From assembly GCA_965116885.1 (NCBI GenBank), contig OZ220741.1:2080001-2144000 (forward strand): a stretch of DNA of 64,000 nt, written 5' to 3'. A program made the position numbers and the translations under genes. The notes beneath the pieces are model-generated. The model did no database searches. It was not told the origin of the DNA and worked only from the letters and a program-made list of their open reading frames with translations. This DNA is from Candidatus Latescibacterota bacterium. Lineage in GTDB: Bacteria; Latescibacterota; UBA2968. Positions 18,496 to 28,757 of this stretch are shown piece after piece (within the stretch, counting starts at the first letter, position 1; each line of letters starts with the position of its first letter).

Positions 18496-21201
18496 TTAAT
18501 AGTACGTCGTGACCGGGCCTGCCGATACGGGGTCGATTTTTTCGGGATCTATTCCGAGTTCGTCGATGGCTGTGGCGACTTGTTCGCGTTTGATTTTGCC
18601 CTGTTTTGCCAGGACGTGAAGCGCGGCCACAGCAATGCACTCGGCGTCAACTTCAAAATGCCGGCGCAGAGCCTGGCGCGTGTCGCTGCGCCCAAATCCA
18701 TCTGTGCCGAGGACCATCATGTCTTCGGGTACCCAGGGGCGGATCATTTCGGGCAGGGATTTCATGTAATCGGATGCGGCGACTATTGGACCATCGGTTT
18801 TTTCGAGTACTTTGACGATATACGGCTTTTTCTTTCGCCGAGTTGGGTGCAGCATGTTCCACCGCTCGGTTTCAAGCGCGTCCCGCCGCAATTCCTTGTA
18901 TGAAGTGACGCTCCACACGTCGGCGGAAATATTGTATTCGGCGGCGAGGATTTCTTGCGCGCGCAGGGTTTCGCGAAGGATGGATGCACTGCCAAAGAGC
19001 TGAATCTTGTGCTGGCCCTGTTGTGTTTCGTGCGTCTTGAGCGGATAAATGCCTTTGACAATGCCTTCTTCAACGCCTTTGGGCATGGGAGGGTGTTCGT
19101 AGTTTTCGTTGCCCAGAGTTATGTAGTAATAAACATCTTCCTGTTCCTGATACATGCGCCGGATGCCGTCCTGGATGATGATGGCAATTTCGTAAGCATA
19201 GGCCGGATCGTAGGCGATACAGTTGGGAACAGATGAGGCGAGAATGTGGCTGTGTCCGTCTTCGTGCTGGAGTCCTTCGCCGTTGAGCGTGGTGCGCCCG
19301 GCTGTTCCGCCTAAGAGAAAGCCCTTGCAGCGGATATCGCCGGCCAGCCACATGAGGTCGCCCACGCGCTGAAATCCGAACATGGAATAGTAGATGTAGA
19401 ACGGGATGGTGTTGACGCCGTGTGTGGCATAAGCTGTGCCAGCGCAGATGAATGAGGACATGGCACCGGCTTCGTTGATGCCTTCTTCGAGTATTTGGCC
19501 GTCTTGCGCTTCGCGATAGTAGCTGATGTTGCCCGCGTCAACGGGTTCGTATATCTGCCCCATGTGCGAGTAGATGCCGAGTTGCCGAAAGAGGGAATCC
19601 ATACCAAAGGTGCGGGCTTCGTCCGGGATGATGGGGACGAGCAGTTTGCCGATGTCTTTGTCGCGAGCGAGTTTGGCAAACAGGCGCGCAAAAGCCATGG
19701 TTGTAGAGGCCTGGCGATCACCTGTACCTTTGAAGGCTTCGTCGAATACATCGCGCGAGGGTGCTTGAATGGGTTTGGCACGTACGCTTCGGCTGGGCAA
19801 ATAGCCGCCGAGTTCGCGGCGTTGTTGTTGCAAATACTGCATTTCGGGGCTGTCGTCGGGGGGACGATAAAAGGGTGCTTTGCCCACCTCGCTGTCGGAG
19901 ATGGGAATGTCAAAGCGCCGCTTAAATTCTCGCATCTCGTCTTCTTCGAGCTTTTTTTGCTGGTGGGTCATGTTGCGGCCTTCGCCAGCTTCGCCCAGGC
20001 CATAGCCTTTGATGGTTTTGGCCAGGATGACTGTTGGTGCGCCTTTGTGTTCCACAGCGGCTTTGAAGGCGGCGTACACTTTTTCGGGATCGTGACCCCC
20101 GCGACGCAATTTTTGAAGTTGTTCATCCGAGAGGTGTTCGACTATTTTGAGCAGGTCGGGATGGGTGCCAAAAAAGTCGCGGCGAATGTATTCGCCGGAT
20201 TCGACGGTGTATTTCTGGTATTGGCCATCGACGACTTCTTCCATGCGCTGCTGAAGCAGGCCCTGGGTGTCTTGTTCGAGTAGTGCGTCCCAATCGTCTC
20301 CCCATATCACTTTGATGACATTCCAGCCAGCGCCGCGAAATACCTGTTCGAGTTCTTGAATGATTTTGCTATTGCCGCGCACGGGACCGTCGAGGCGTTG
20401 CAGGTTGCAATTGATCACGAAGATGAGGTTGTCGAGTTGTTCGCGGGTTGCCAGGCTGATGGCGCCGAGGGTTTCGGGTTCGTCTGTTTCGCCGTCGCCA
20501 ACGAAGACCCAGACTTTGGAATCGCGAGTCGATTTGAGGCCGCGGTCTTCGAGGTAGCGGTTGAAGCGGGCCTGAAAGATGCCCATGAGGGGACCAAGTC
20601 CCATTGAGACGGTGGGAAATTGCCAGAAGTCGGGCATGAGATAGGGATGGGGATAGGAAGATAGACCGCCGGGATTGCGGAGTTCTCGGCGGAAGTTTTC
20701 GAGGTGTTCGGTGCTCAGCCGGCCTTCGAGAAAGGCGCGGGCATACATGCCGGGCGAGGCATGACCCTGGAAGAAGACCTGGTCTCCGGAGAAATCGCCA
20801 TTGGGTGCTTTGAAGAAGTGATTTTGACCCACTTCATATAGCGTGGCAGCCGATGCAAAGGTGGAGATGTGACCGCCGATGCCATCGGCTTCTTTATTGG
20901 CACGGGTGACCATGGCCATGGCATTCCAGCGCACGAGACTTTTGATGCGGCGCTCAATTTCGCGGTCGCCCGGATAGGGCAGTTGTTTGTCGCGCGGGAT
21001 GGTGTTGATATAAGGCGTATGGGATGCGAAGGGTATGTCAACGCCCAGACTTTTTTCTGCTTCTTGTTCGAGGCGGTCGAGCAAATAGCGCACGCGCTCG
21101 GGGCCGCCGTGTTGCAGAACATAAGCCAGAGATTCGATCCATTCTTCGGTTTCTATAGGATCGGTATCGCGAAATGTATCTGGTGCGACAGAATCGGCCA
21201 T
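18496..21201 (-). CDS. aceE: pyruvate dehydrogenase E1, homodimeric type
   Basis: GGHIST, QGHASPG, PTVSMGLG, GDGETDEPE, NLQRLDGPV, GRTTLNGEGLQHEDGHS. Confidence 0.97.
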   Translation of the reverse strand: MADSVAPDTFRDTDPIETEEWIESLAYVLQHGGPERVRYLLDRLEQEAEKSLGVDIPFASHTPYINTIPRDKQLPYPGDREIERRIKSLVRWNAMAMVTRANKEADGIGGHISTFASAATLYEVGQNHFFKAPNGDFSGDQVFFQGHASPGMYARAFLEGRLSTEHLENFRRELRNPGGLSSYPHPYLMPDFWQFPTVSMGLGPLMGIFQARFNRYLEDRGLKSTRDSKVWVFVGDGETDEPETLGAISLATREQLDNLIFVINCNLQRLDGPVRGNSKIIQELEQVFRGAGWNVIKVIWGDDWDALLEQDTQGLLQQRMEEVVDGQYQKYTVESGEYIRRDFFGTHPDLLKIVEHLSDEQLQKLRRGGHDPEKVYAAFKAAVEHKGAPTVILAKTIKGYGLGEAGEGRNMTHQQKKLEEDEMREFKRRFDIPISDSEVGKAPFYRPPDDSPEMQYLQQQRRELGGYLPSRSVRAKPIQAPSRDVFDEAFKGTGDRQASTTMAFARLFAKLARDKDIGKLLVPIIPDEARTFGMDSLFRQLGIYSHMGQIYEPVDAGNISYYREAQDGQILEEGINEAGAMSSFICAGTAYATHGVNTIPFYIYYSMFGFQRVGDLMWLAGDIRCKGFLLGGTAGRTTLNGEGLQHEDGHSHILASSVPNCIAYDPAYAYEIAIIIQDGIRRMYQEQEDVYYYITLGNENYEHPPMPKGVEEGIVKGIYPLKTHETQQGQHKIQLFGSASILRETLRAQEILAAEYNISADVWSVTSYKELRRDALETERWNMLHPTRRKKKPYIVKVLEKTDGPIVAASDYMKSLPEMIRPWVPEDMMVLGTDGFGRSDTRQALRRHFEVDAECIAVAALHVLAKQGKIKREQVATAIDELGIDPEKIDPVSAGPVTTYY

Positions 21202-21470
21202 GGTAAAACTCCTTTGTTCTGGAGTGCAATAACAGGTATTGATAATAATATACGCGCGTATCCAAATGTCTCTTCTGTGCGTGAAATTTACGAGGGATAA
21301 TGAATTTTGTCAAATGTAGAGCGTATTTTTTTGCGAGAGAATGGCAAATTTTAAGGGGATATATTTATATAAGATGTTGTTAATTAGTAAAATGATATGA
21401 TTAGTTGACTGGTTGGTAAAGTATGGTAAAAAAACAGGACATCTCGCATCTTCCGGGGGGAGAATAGATG

Positions 21471-21863
21471 TCAGGCGTCCGGTACTTGTTGTCCCCGATG
21501 GCAGGTCTGGCAGGTGATCTGGGTGAATTGTCCTTCTTTGAAGTCTTTGAGGATTTCGCCATTGATTTTTTGCGTCATGGTAATCATGAGGCGCGCGATG
21601 TCTTTGCGGGGGTTTTCGTCTGAGGCGAAGTCGTAAGTGGATAGGGATTGGCCTTCTTCCCCTTTGTGGCAAGCGTGACAGCGCACGCCCAGTGCTTTGC
21701 TAAAGTCTTTCATGTATTGCATGAGTTGCGCTTTTTTGATGTCTTTGGGCAGGACTTTTAAGTTGGTGTAGGTGTCGGGAATTTGCGCGAAAGATGCGGT
21801 GACGATCAGAGAGATGAGGGAACTGAGTGTGAGAATGAGTGCGATGAGTAGTGAACGGTTCAT
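21471..21863 (-). CDS. diheme c-type cytochrome, secreted
   Basis: Signal peptide; NLKVLP, LGVRCHACH, FASD...K..AR.M, CQTCHRG. Start ATG 21863 after AGGAGG. Confidence 0.85.
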   Translation of the reverse strand: MNRSLLIALILTLSSLISLIVTASFAQIPDTYTNLKVLPKDIKKAQLMQYMKDFSKALGVRCHACHKGEEGQSLSTYDFASDENPRKDIARLMITMTQKINGEILKDFKEGQFTQITCQTCHRGQQVPDA

Positions 21864-21876
21864 GGCGCCTCCTTTT

Positions 21877-22905
21877 TTATCTGTGATTATCCAGCCATTG
21901 CAGTTGATTTGTTTGCGGAAAAGCGGTGATGGGATTTTCGAGAGGTCCAATGCCTTCAAAGGTCATGCACACGCGGTCGCCTTCACGCAAGCCGCTTTCG
22001 AGGTCGTCGTCGGAAAAGACAATGGGTGTGCCCCAGTAGAGGATTTGCAGGGTGTCGGGTTCAAGGGGTAGGCGGGAAAAGAGCGATCGTTCGAGGTGAA
22101 AGAGGCCGTCGGGCATGTTGAGATGGTTTTGTCCGGTATGTCCTTCTTTGTAGGCGATGCGCGTGTTGTTGCGTATCACTTCACAAGAGACGGCTATGCT
22201 GCTGTCGTCATAAGCGGGGTCGGTGACCATCAGCGGACCGAGGCTGGCGCAGCCGTGGGACCAGTTTTTGGCCTGGGGTAAGTTGAGTGGGTTTTCGGCT
22301 TCGATGCCGTTGTCGGTGTAGTCGTTGCCGCCGGTATATCCCAGGCGTTCAATTTGACCTGTGGTGTTGAGGCCGTAAATGGTTACGAGTTCTGTTTCGG
22401 GTACAAGGCGCTGGGTGTTGTGCGGGTGCGATATACATCCGCCGTGTCCGACGAGGGCGGCGGTGTCGTTCTTGGCAAAGAGTTCGGGCGTGCCGCCTTG
22501 CGCGCATTCCCGGTATTTTTGATCATAGACGTTGACGGCGTCACCGGTGGCCTGTTTGGCTTCTATTTCGCGCAATTTCGCGCTGTCTTCATGGGTGACG
22601 CCGGCCAGCCAGATCCGCAGTTTGTGCGGTGCATCTGTCGGTGCGGTTACCGGGCTGATGAGGTGAGGTTGGTCGGGATCGGCTGCGTTGTTCAAGAGGT
22701 CGCGGAGTGAGAGGCGCGGCGCATTGTGGATATTGATTGACTCTACTGTGGTTTCAATGCCGTTTTTGTTGCCTCCGTGGCGGTAATAGAGGTCGTGAAG
22801 CGAAGCCGGGTGGGGGGCGCAGGCTGTGAGGTCAAAGACATCGTCGCCTTTGACAAGCCCCAGGCGAGATCCTTGTTCGGGTTGTGCGAATTGCAATAGT
22901 TTCAT
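21877..22905 (-). CDS. fumarylacetoacetate hydrolase family protein
   Basis: AGVT...S, PELF.K, VPE.EL, GYTGGND, IE.ENPL.LPQAK, LGP, GIG.LENP. Confidence 0.8.
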   Translation of the reverse strand: MKLLQFAQPEQGSRLGLVKGDDVFDLTACAPHPASLHDLYYRHGGNKNGIETTVESINIHNAPRLSLRDLLNNAADPDQPHLISPVTAPTDAPHKLRIWLAGVTHEDSAKLREIEAKQATGDAVNVYDQKYRECAQGGTPELFAKNDTAALVGHGGCISHPHNTQRLVPETELVTIYGLNTTGQIERLGYTGGNDYTDNGIEAENPLNLPQAKNWSHGCASLGPLMVTDPAYDDSSIAVSCEVIRNNTRIAYKEGHTGQNHLNMPDGLFHLERSLFSRLPLEPDTLQILYWGTPIVFSDDDLESGLREGDRVCMTFEGIGPLENPITAFPQTNQLQWLDNHR

Positions 22906-23034
22906 GGTTGCCTCGGTGATTGTGGGATGGAAAACAAGAATAGTTATTATTGGGACACCTGTAAAGCAGATTTATCGTTAGCCATTGTGCGAATTTTTTT
23001 ACATATTGAGAAAGGAACAAAGGAGGCGGATCTT

Positions 23035-23814
23035 ATGGCTATAGCACTGATTACGGGCGCGTCGAGTGGTATTGGTTTGGAATTGGCGCGGGTGTTTGCT
23101 GCTGATGGGGTTGATGTGATTTTGTCGGCGCGGTCCGAGGATAAGTTGCAGGTGCTGGCGGGAGAAGTGCGGGAGAAGTACGGTGTAAGAGCTGAGGTGA
23201 TTGTGGCCGATTTGTCGGTGCCGGGTGAGGCAAAGAAGGTTTATGACCGGGTTGTGGAAATGGGATGGGATGTGGATTATCTGGTGAATAATGCCGGGTT
23301 TGGGGTGTATGGTTTTTATGCAGAGACAGATTGGATAGCCGAAGCGGATATGTTACAGGTGAATATTGTCGCTTTGACGCATTTGACCAAGTTGTTTTTG
23401 CCTGGTTTGATCGATAGGGGGCGAGGAAGAATTTTGAATGTGGCTTCGACTGCGGCGTTTCAGCCCGGTCCGAGGATGGCTGTGTATTTTGCGACGAAGG
23501 CGTATGTGTTGTCGTTTTCAGATGCGATTGCCAATGAGTTAAAGGGTACGGGTGTGAGCGTGACTGCGCTGTGTCCAGGGGCAACGGAGACGGGGTTTCA
23601 ACGCGCTGCGGGTGCAACGGGTTCGCGTTTGTTTGATATGCGCGGGTTGCCCACGGGGGCCGATGTGGCGAAGTATGGGTATAGAGCTATGCAAAAGGGA
23701 AAGCGGGTCGCTATTCACGGGTTGATCAGTAAGATGCTGGCTTTTACTGTGCGCTTATTACCTCGACGAATTGTTGCCGCAACGACGAGAGCGTTGATTG
23801 CGAGGAGTGATTAA
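23035..23814 (+). CDS. short-chain dehydrogenase/reductase
   Basis: TGASSGIG, NNAG, YFATK (YxxxK). Start ATG 23035 after AGGAGG. Confidence 0.92.
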   Translation: MAIALITGASSGIGLELARVFAADGVDVILSARSEDKLQVLAGEVREKYGVRAEVIVADLSVPGEAKKVYDRVVEMGWDVDYLVNNAGFGVYGFYAETDWIAEADMLQVNIVALTHLTKLFLPGLIDRGRGRILNVASTAAFQPGPRMAVYFATKAYVLSFSDAIANELKGTGVSVTALCPGATETGFQRAAGATGSRLFDMRGLPTGADVAKYGYRAMQKGKRVAIHGLISKMLAFTVRLLPRRIVAATTRALIARSD

Positions 23815-25103
23815 GCCAGTGCATCTGCCTGTGTGTGGCTCGCGGATAGGAAGCGGTCCAGTTGCAAGTGCTCGGCATGGTTGGAATTGAGGCGAATGCG
23901 CAGGTGTACGTCGTTGCCCTCATAATCCAGGGTCAGTATTTCGCTGTGGGTGTAAAGTTGTGAGAGGAGTTTGCCTTCACTTTGTGGCACCTGAAGTTTT
24001 AGGGTGACCGCATCGGCAGCCAAAAAATCACATATCCGATTTTTGACCGCGTCGAGATTAGCGACGTCAAGCGCAGAAATTGCAAGCGCATTGGGATTTT
24101 TTGCGCAGCGTTTTGCAATTTCTTTTTGTCGTTCAGAATCCGCGAGGTCCATTTTGTTATAGACAGTCAGGACGGGTTTGTCATCGATTTTGAGTTTTGT
24201 GAGGACTTCGTTGACTGTGATCATTTGCATTTTGTATTGCGAATGGCTGGCATCGACAACGTGAAGGAGCAGGTCTGCCTGTACGGCTTCTTGTAATGTG
24301 GCGCGAAAGCAAGCAAAGAGGTGGTGCGGTAAGCGGTTGATAAAACCGACGGTGTCGGTGAGCAAGATGGGGCGATGGCTGTGTACATCGACGCTGCGCG
24401 TGGTGTTGGTCAAAGTGGCAAAAAGCTGATTTTCGACCAGAACATTTTCACCCGAAAGCCCGCGCATAAGCGTGGATTTGCCCGCGTTGGTATAGCCAAC
24501 GAGTACAACGTTAAAACTATGGCTGCGCCCTTTGCGGCTGGTGTCCATTTGACGCCTCACGCGTTTGAGGCTGTCGTAGAGGGACTTTCCTCGCTGTTCG
24601 ATCCACCTGCGGGTGGTTTCGGTGTGCGTTTCACCCGATCCGAGGCCTGCGCGACGTTCTGCGTGGGGATTAAACTGGCGAATGCGGGGGCGCAAATAAC
24701 GCAGGTGAGCCATTTGTACTTGAATTTGTGCGGTGCGTGTGCGTGCGTGTAAAGCAAAAATATCGAGAATGAGCAGGCTGCGATCGAGGATGCGTACCCC
24801 AATGTCGGTTTCGAGGTTGTGCATTTGCGAGGGCGAAAGGTCATTGTCAAAGATGATCGCGTCGATATTTCTCTTTTGGGCCATTTTTCGAAGTTCGTCG
24901 ATTTTGCCCGAACCGATATAGGTGGCTGGATCGGGTTTGTCGCGATTTTGCAATGTGCGATCAATTACCTCAAAGGTGGCAGTGGTGGCCAGGTGCGCGA
25001 GTTCTTCGAGAGATTCTCTGGTGCTGCGTGTGGAGATACCGCGTTGTGCCACCCCAACGAGAACAGCACGTCGTATGCCCTGTGCGTCAAAGATATGGTC
25101 CAT
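23811..25103 (-). CDS. hflX: GTPase HflX (divergent)
   Basis: IGSGK, LSPSQ..NLE, ILDIF, GYTNAGKST, LFATL, DTVGF, NKMD. Confidence 0.9.
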   Translation of the reverse strand: MDHIFDAQGIRRAVLVGVAQRGISTRSTRESLEELAHLATTATFEVIDRTLQNRDKPDPATYIGSGKIDELRKMAQKRNIDAIIFDNDLSPSQMHNLETDIGVRILDRSLLILDIFALHARTRTAQIQVQMAHLRYLRPRIRQFNPHAERRAGLGSGETHTETTRRWIEQRGKSLYDSLKRVRRQMDTSRKGRSHSFNVVLVGYTNAGKSTLMRGLSGENVLVENQLFATLTNTTRSVDVHSHRPILLTDTVGFINRLPHHLFACFRATLQEAVQADLLLHVVDASHSQYKMQMITVNEVLTKLKIDDKPVLTVYNKMDLADSERQKEIAKRCAKNPNALAISALDVANLDAVKNRICDFLAADAVTLKLQVPQSEGKLLSQLYTHSEILTLDYEGNDVHLRIRLNSNHAEHLQLDRFLSASHTQADALA

Positions 25104-25150
25104 GTTGCCTCCTGATTTTTAGTTATATTCACACATAATAAGGTGAAGAT

Positions 25151-25681
25151 ATGTTGATGCAAAGTGAAATCGCTGGTATGGGACGGCGTCTGTTGGCAAC
25201 GGTGTTGGATTTTGTGATTTTGCACCTGGTGCTGACGGTGGTCCTGCGCAATATGCTGCTATCGCCTGCGGGTGTGTGGATGGTGGATTTTATTTTTATA
25301 GTGGTGTATTCAGCGATATTTGTGGGGCTTATAGGCCAGACGCCGGGCAAGATGTTGTTGAGATTGCGCGTGATTGATGCCCACGGTGGCGGGTTGAATT
25401 ATGGGCAGACGTTTCGACGTGCGGCGGTGAAATGGTCGCCGGTTTTTGTGCTGTTTATTGTGATGGCTCTGTTGACGCCAGAGGAGGTGTACCAGCGTCC
25501 CTCGGATGGAGAGGGGATCGAGATGGTGGAGGTGGAGGCGGAGTCTGCTGTGGCTTCATCAATCGCAATGGTGATCGGTACGGTGGGTTGGCTGGTGTTG
25601 ATTCACATGGCACGCCGCCATCCCGATGGACAGGGGATTCACGACCGCGTGGCAGAGACGTATGTGATTAGAACGGGGTGA
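25151..25681 (+). CDS. RDD family membrane protein
   Basis: RRLLA.VLD, GQTPGK..LRLRV, QGIHDRVAETYV; hydrophobic helices. Confidence 0.85.
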   Translation: MLMQSEIAGMGRRLLATVLDFVILHLVLTVVLRNMLLSPAGVWMVDFIFIVVYSAIFVGLIGQTPGKMLLRLRVIDAHGGGLNYGQTFRRAAVKWSPVFVLFIVMALLTPEEVYQRPSDGEGIEMVEVEAESAVASSIAMVIGTVGWLVLIHMARRHPDGQGIHDRVAETYVIRTG

Positions 25682-25684
25682 AAA

Positions 25685-27988
25685 TTACCGGGTGCCTGGT
25701 ACAAAAAAGACAGCATCTTTTTTTGTGGTCTGGTCGGTGTTTTTGTCTGTGATTGTGAGTTTGAGGGTGTAGCGTCCGGATGCGAGGTTGGTGAGGGGCA
25801 TTTCGAGATAGGTGTTTTCGTCGGGGTTTGTACCGACTTGATCAAAGCTGAGGCCAACGGCCTCGGTATTTTTTTGTCCCAATTTGGCGAGGAGAGATAC
25901 GAGTGCAAAACCGGCTTCCTGGCGTTTTTGTACTTCGTATGAGATGGTGTATCGCGTCTGCCCAAATTCGTCGCGTTTGAGGTTGTAGATTTCAAAGTAA
26001 ACGTACATGGACATGCCGGGGACAAAGGTTGCCGAGGGCTGCGGCTGAATGTAGAGGTCGCCGCGCACAAAGGATGTGTCGGGTGCGCGATCCGCTTCGA
26101 TGATGAGGGAGGCGATCTGGATGTCGCTCATCATCAGGTGGCTTTTATCGTGATAGTCGGGCAGGTGAAGATCGGGCTGACGATATGCGCCAACACGGTT
26201 GGTATTTTGACGCCACGCTTCAACGGCCAGTTCATATTCGCCGGGTTCGGCGATGTGGTGTACGCCGCTGAGGGCTTGTAAACCCCGGTCCCGAATATCA
26301 TCGGTGATGTCGATGGCCAATGCGCTTTTGGTGTTTTGAAAATTGAGGGCACGAGGGTAGATAAGCGCGGTGCGGCGTTCCACGACTACAGTGGTGTCCG
26401 GGTCTGCGGGCAGGGCTACATTGTCTAATGGCAGGCCAAATATGACCTGTAATTCGGTTTTGTTCTCCGGTCCCCGGAAGGTGAGGGTGTCGAAGTAAAA
26501 GTCGAGGGGGTCGAGTGCTTCTATGCTGTACAATTCGGGTTCTATTGCGGCGAGCGATTGGGCGAGGGTGGCGGGGTTAAATTCGTGGAGGCGCTGAATA
26601 ACGCTCATGTACGAGCGTCCGGAGGATTCGGCATTGGCGAGATCTTCTTCGGTTAGCGATGGGACGGGGGCAAAATCGTAATTCCCGCCCAAAAATTCAT
26701 CGGTAAATGTAAATTCTGCGCCCTGTCCGAGGTTTTTATATACCCACACTTCCCAGGGTACAGAGGTCCAGCCGCTGGTCGTTGTGACAGGACGGTAGTC
26801 GGTAAAGCCCATATTGCCCACGCGACCTATGCCACCTTGCTCCATGGTGCGAATCGGATAGACGGGACCGACGAAGTTGGCCTCAATGCCCGCATCGCCG
26901 TAAATTGCGTACGCTCTTTGTTCTTGAATGCGCTGTACGTCCAGTGGGACAATGGCATTGAGTTTTCGGGAGGTTGAGATATAGTCGGGTTCTCCATATC
27001 GGATGTAGATTTCTCCTCGGCGATCCCACGGCCACTTTTTGCCAAAGTGGGTTCTCGCATGCCATACCCTGCGGTAGTGTTGGGATCGGCGCAGTGCGCC
27101 TCCCGAGGTTTTAAAGGGATCTTTTTGCAACCAGAAGCGTGTGAGAAAACGCTCGCGTTGTGTTTTGTCGTCTGAGGCTGACGCGAGGCGGTAAGCGCGC
27201 GCTTCGGCTTTTGAGCCGATATAAGAGATGTCGTCATAGAGGGGCTGTTCTTCTTTGGGTAAGGTCTCGATATAGTGTCGAAATGCCGTTAGTGCGCCTT
27301 CGTGGTCGCGTCTTTGAATGAGGGCCTGGGCGAGCAGTGGCAGTGCGCGGGGGTCTCGCATGCGCGATGTGATGTCTTCGAGGTCTCGGTATTCTTTGGC
27401 TTCGTATAGCGCGTAGGCAAATTGGTATGCGGTTTCGTGGTCTTCGGGGTTGCGCTCGAGATATTTTTTGTAGTAGTATAGCGCGACCTGATGCGCGCTG
27501 CCTTCTTCGCGGTGGGCGCGAGCGAGGAGGAGATAGGGCGAAGCCCGGTCGGGAAATCGCGCAATGGTTTGTGAGGCGGCTTTTCGCGCGCGGCTTCCCA
27601 TGTCTTCAAGTGCGAGGAGGGTTTTGATGAGGCGGTCGTGGGCGTCCGCGTCTGTGGTGTCGATGGCGACGGCTTTTTCGTAGTGTGACAGCGCGCGGTC
27701 GGGTTTGTTGCGCAGGTTTTGATAAACGCGGCCCAGACCCGTGTGGGCAATTGCGAGGTTGGGACGCAAAGCGAGCGCGTTTTGAAAGGCTGCTTCGGCA
27801 CTGTCGGCTTCTTCAAGACGCAAATAGAGCAGGCCCATGCGCGCATAGCTCGCCGACGAATCAGACGCGGTAGCCAGATCTGCTTTCAATCGGTTGATGA
27901 CGTCGTGGAGGTCGCGGTTTTGCGCGAATCCCGTGCTTGCAAAACTGATGAGGAGCAGATAAATGGTCGAGTAGAGGACTGTGTGCAT
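25685..27988 (-). CDS. TPR repeat + GWxTD-domain secreted protein
   Basis: Signal peptide, TPR repeats, FW...DP...HY.R, WDRRGEIYIRYGEPD, WEVWVY. Confidence 0.8.
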   Translation of the reverse strand: MHTVLYSTIYLLLISFASTGFAQNRDLHDVINRLKADLATASDSSASYARMGLLYLRLEEADSAEAAFQNALALRPNLAIAHTGLGRVYQNLRNKPDRALSHYEKAVAIDTTDADAHDRLIKTLLALEDMGSRARKAASQTIARFPDRASPYLLLARAHREEGSAHQVALYYYKKYLERNPEDHETAYQFAYALYEAKEYRDLEDITSRMRDPRALPLLAQALIQRRDHEGALTAFRHYIETLPKEEQPLYDDISYIGSKAEARAYRLASASDDKTQRERFLTRFWLQKDPFKTSGGALRRSQHYRRVWHARTHFGKKWPWDRRGEIYIRYGEPDYISTSRKLNAIVPLDVQRIQEQRAYAIYGDAGIEANFVGPVYPIRTMEQGGIGRVGNMGFTDYRPVTTTSGWTSVPWEVWVYKNLGQGAEFTFTDEFLGGNYDFAPVPSLTEEDLANAESSGRSYMSVIQRLHEFNPATLAQSLAAIEPELYSIEALDPLDFYFDTLTFRGPENKTELQVIFGLPLDNVALPADPDTTVVVERRTALIYPRALNFQNTKSALAIDITDDIRDRGLQALSGVHHIAEPGEYELAVEAWRQNTNRVGAYRQPDLHLPDYHDKSHLMMSDIQIASLIIEADRAPDTSFVRGDLYIQPQPSATFVPGMSMYVYFEIYNLKRDEFGQTRYTISYEVQKRQEAGFALVSLLAKLGQKNTEAVGLSFDQVGTNPDENTYLEMPLTNLASGRYTLKLTITDKNTDQTTKKDAVFFVPGTR

Positions 27989-28225
27989 GGATAATCCTTT
28001 GTGGTGTCGAGGCAGTTTTTACACGCTTGTTTGGGTTTTTGGTTTCTTTTTAAGGTTAAAAACTTTTGTCGAATTTCTCAATGACTTTTGCGACTTATGA
28101 GGCTGTAAAGGTATAAATATATCTAATTTTCTTGACTTAGTTGAAGGGGCGTTTTATTTTCCGTCTGAAAGCGATGTGTGTGCAGGCAGGGATGTCTATG
28201 CTCTCACTCAAATGAAAGGGCATTT

Positions 28226-28687
28226 ATGACGTTGATGGAGATTCTGTCGGGCAAGTCGGTCATTATCGGGCTTAAGGGGCAAAACAAGCGGGAAATTCTC
28301 GAAGAGCTTGTTAATGAACTCGAAGTAGGCGATAAAATTACGGACCGAGATAAGGTACTTCAGGCGGTTTTGGACCGCGAAGATATTATGAGTACGGGTA
28401 TTGGGCACGGTATTGCCATTCCCCATGGGAAGTCGGAATATGCCACGATGTTGGGCGGTGTGCTGGGCATCAAGTCAGAAGGTATCAATTTTAATGCTTT
28501 AGATGGGAAAAAGACCTACATTTTTTTTCTTTTGGTTTCTCCGCTAAATGTTTCGGGACCGCATATTAAAGCCTTAGCGCGTATATCAAGGGTGCTCAAA
28601 GGAGAAGATTTTAGACAGCGTTTGATTGGCATTAGAAATCGCGAGGAGGCTCTGGCGATTATTGCGGCAGAAGATAAGAAGCACTAA
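28226..28687 (+). CDS. PTS IIA component (Ntr/fructose type)
   Basis: DREDIMSTGIGHGIAIPHGK, F.ALDG, HIKALARISR. Confidence 0.9.
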   Translation: MTLMEILSGKSVIIGLKGQNKREILEELVNELEVGDKITDRDKVLQAVLDREDIMSTGIGHGIAIPHGKSEYATMLGGVLGIKSEGINFNALDGKKTYIFFLLVSPLNVSGPHIKALARISRVLKGEDFRQRLIGIRNREEALAIIAAEDKKH

Positions 28688-28712
28688 TAAATGTCATAAG
28701 ACTTTACCCAAC

Positions 28713-28741
28713 ACCTGCTTTTCTGTAAAGCAGGTTTTTTT
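28713..28741 (+). terminator. intrinsic terminator
   Basis: acctgcttt-tctgt-aaagcaggt followed by T tract. Confidence 0.6.
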
Positions 28742-28757
28742 GTTTGAGCGTTTTTTT

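Noticed and set aside
21471..21863. Photosynthetic reaction-centre cytochrome
   Set aside because: Only two CxxCH motifs and no photosynthesis genes nearby; a small diheme cytochrome.
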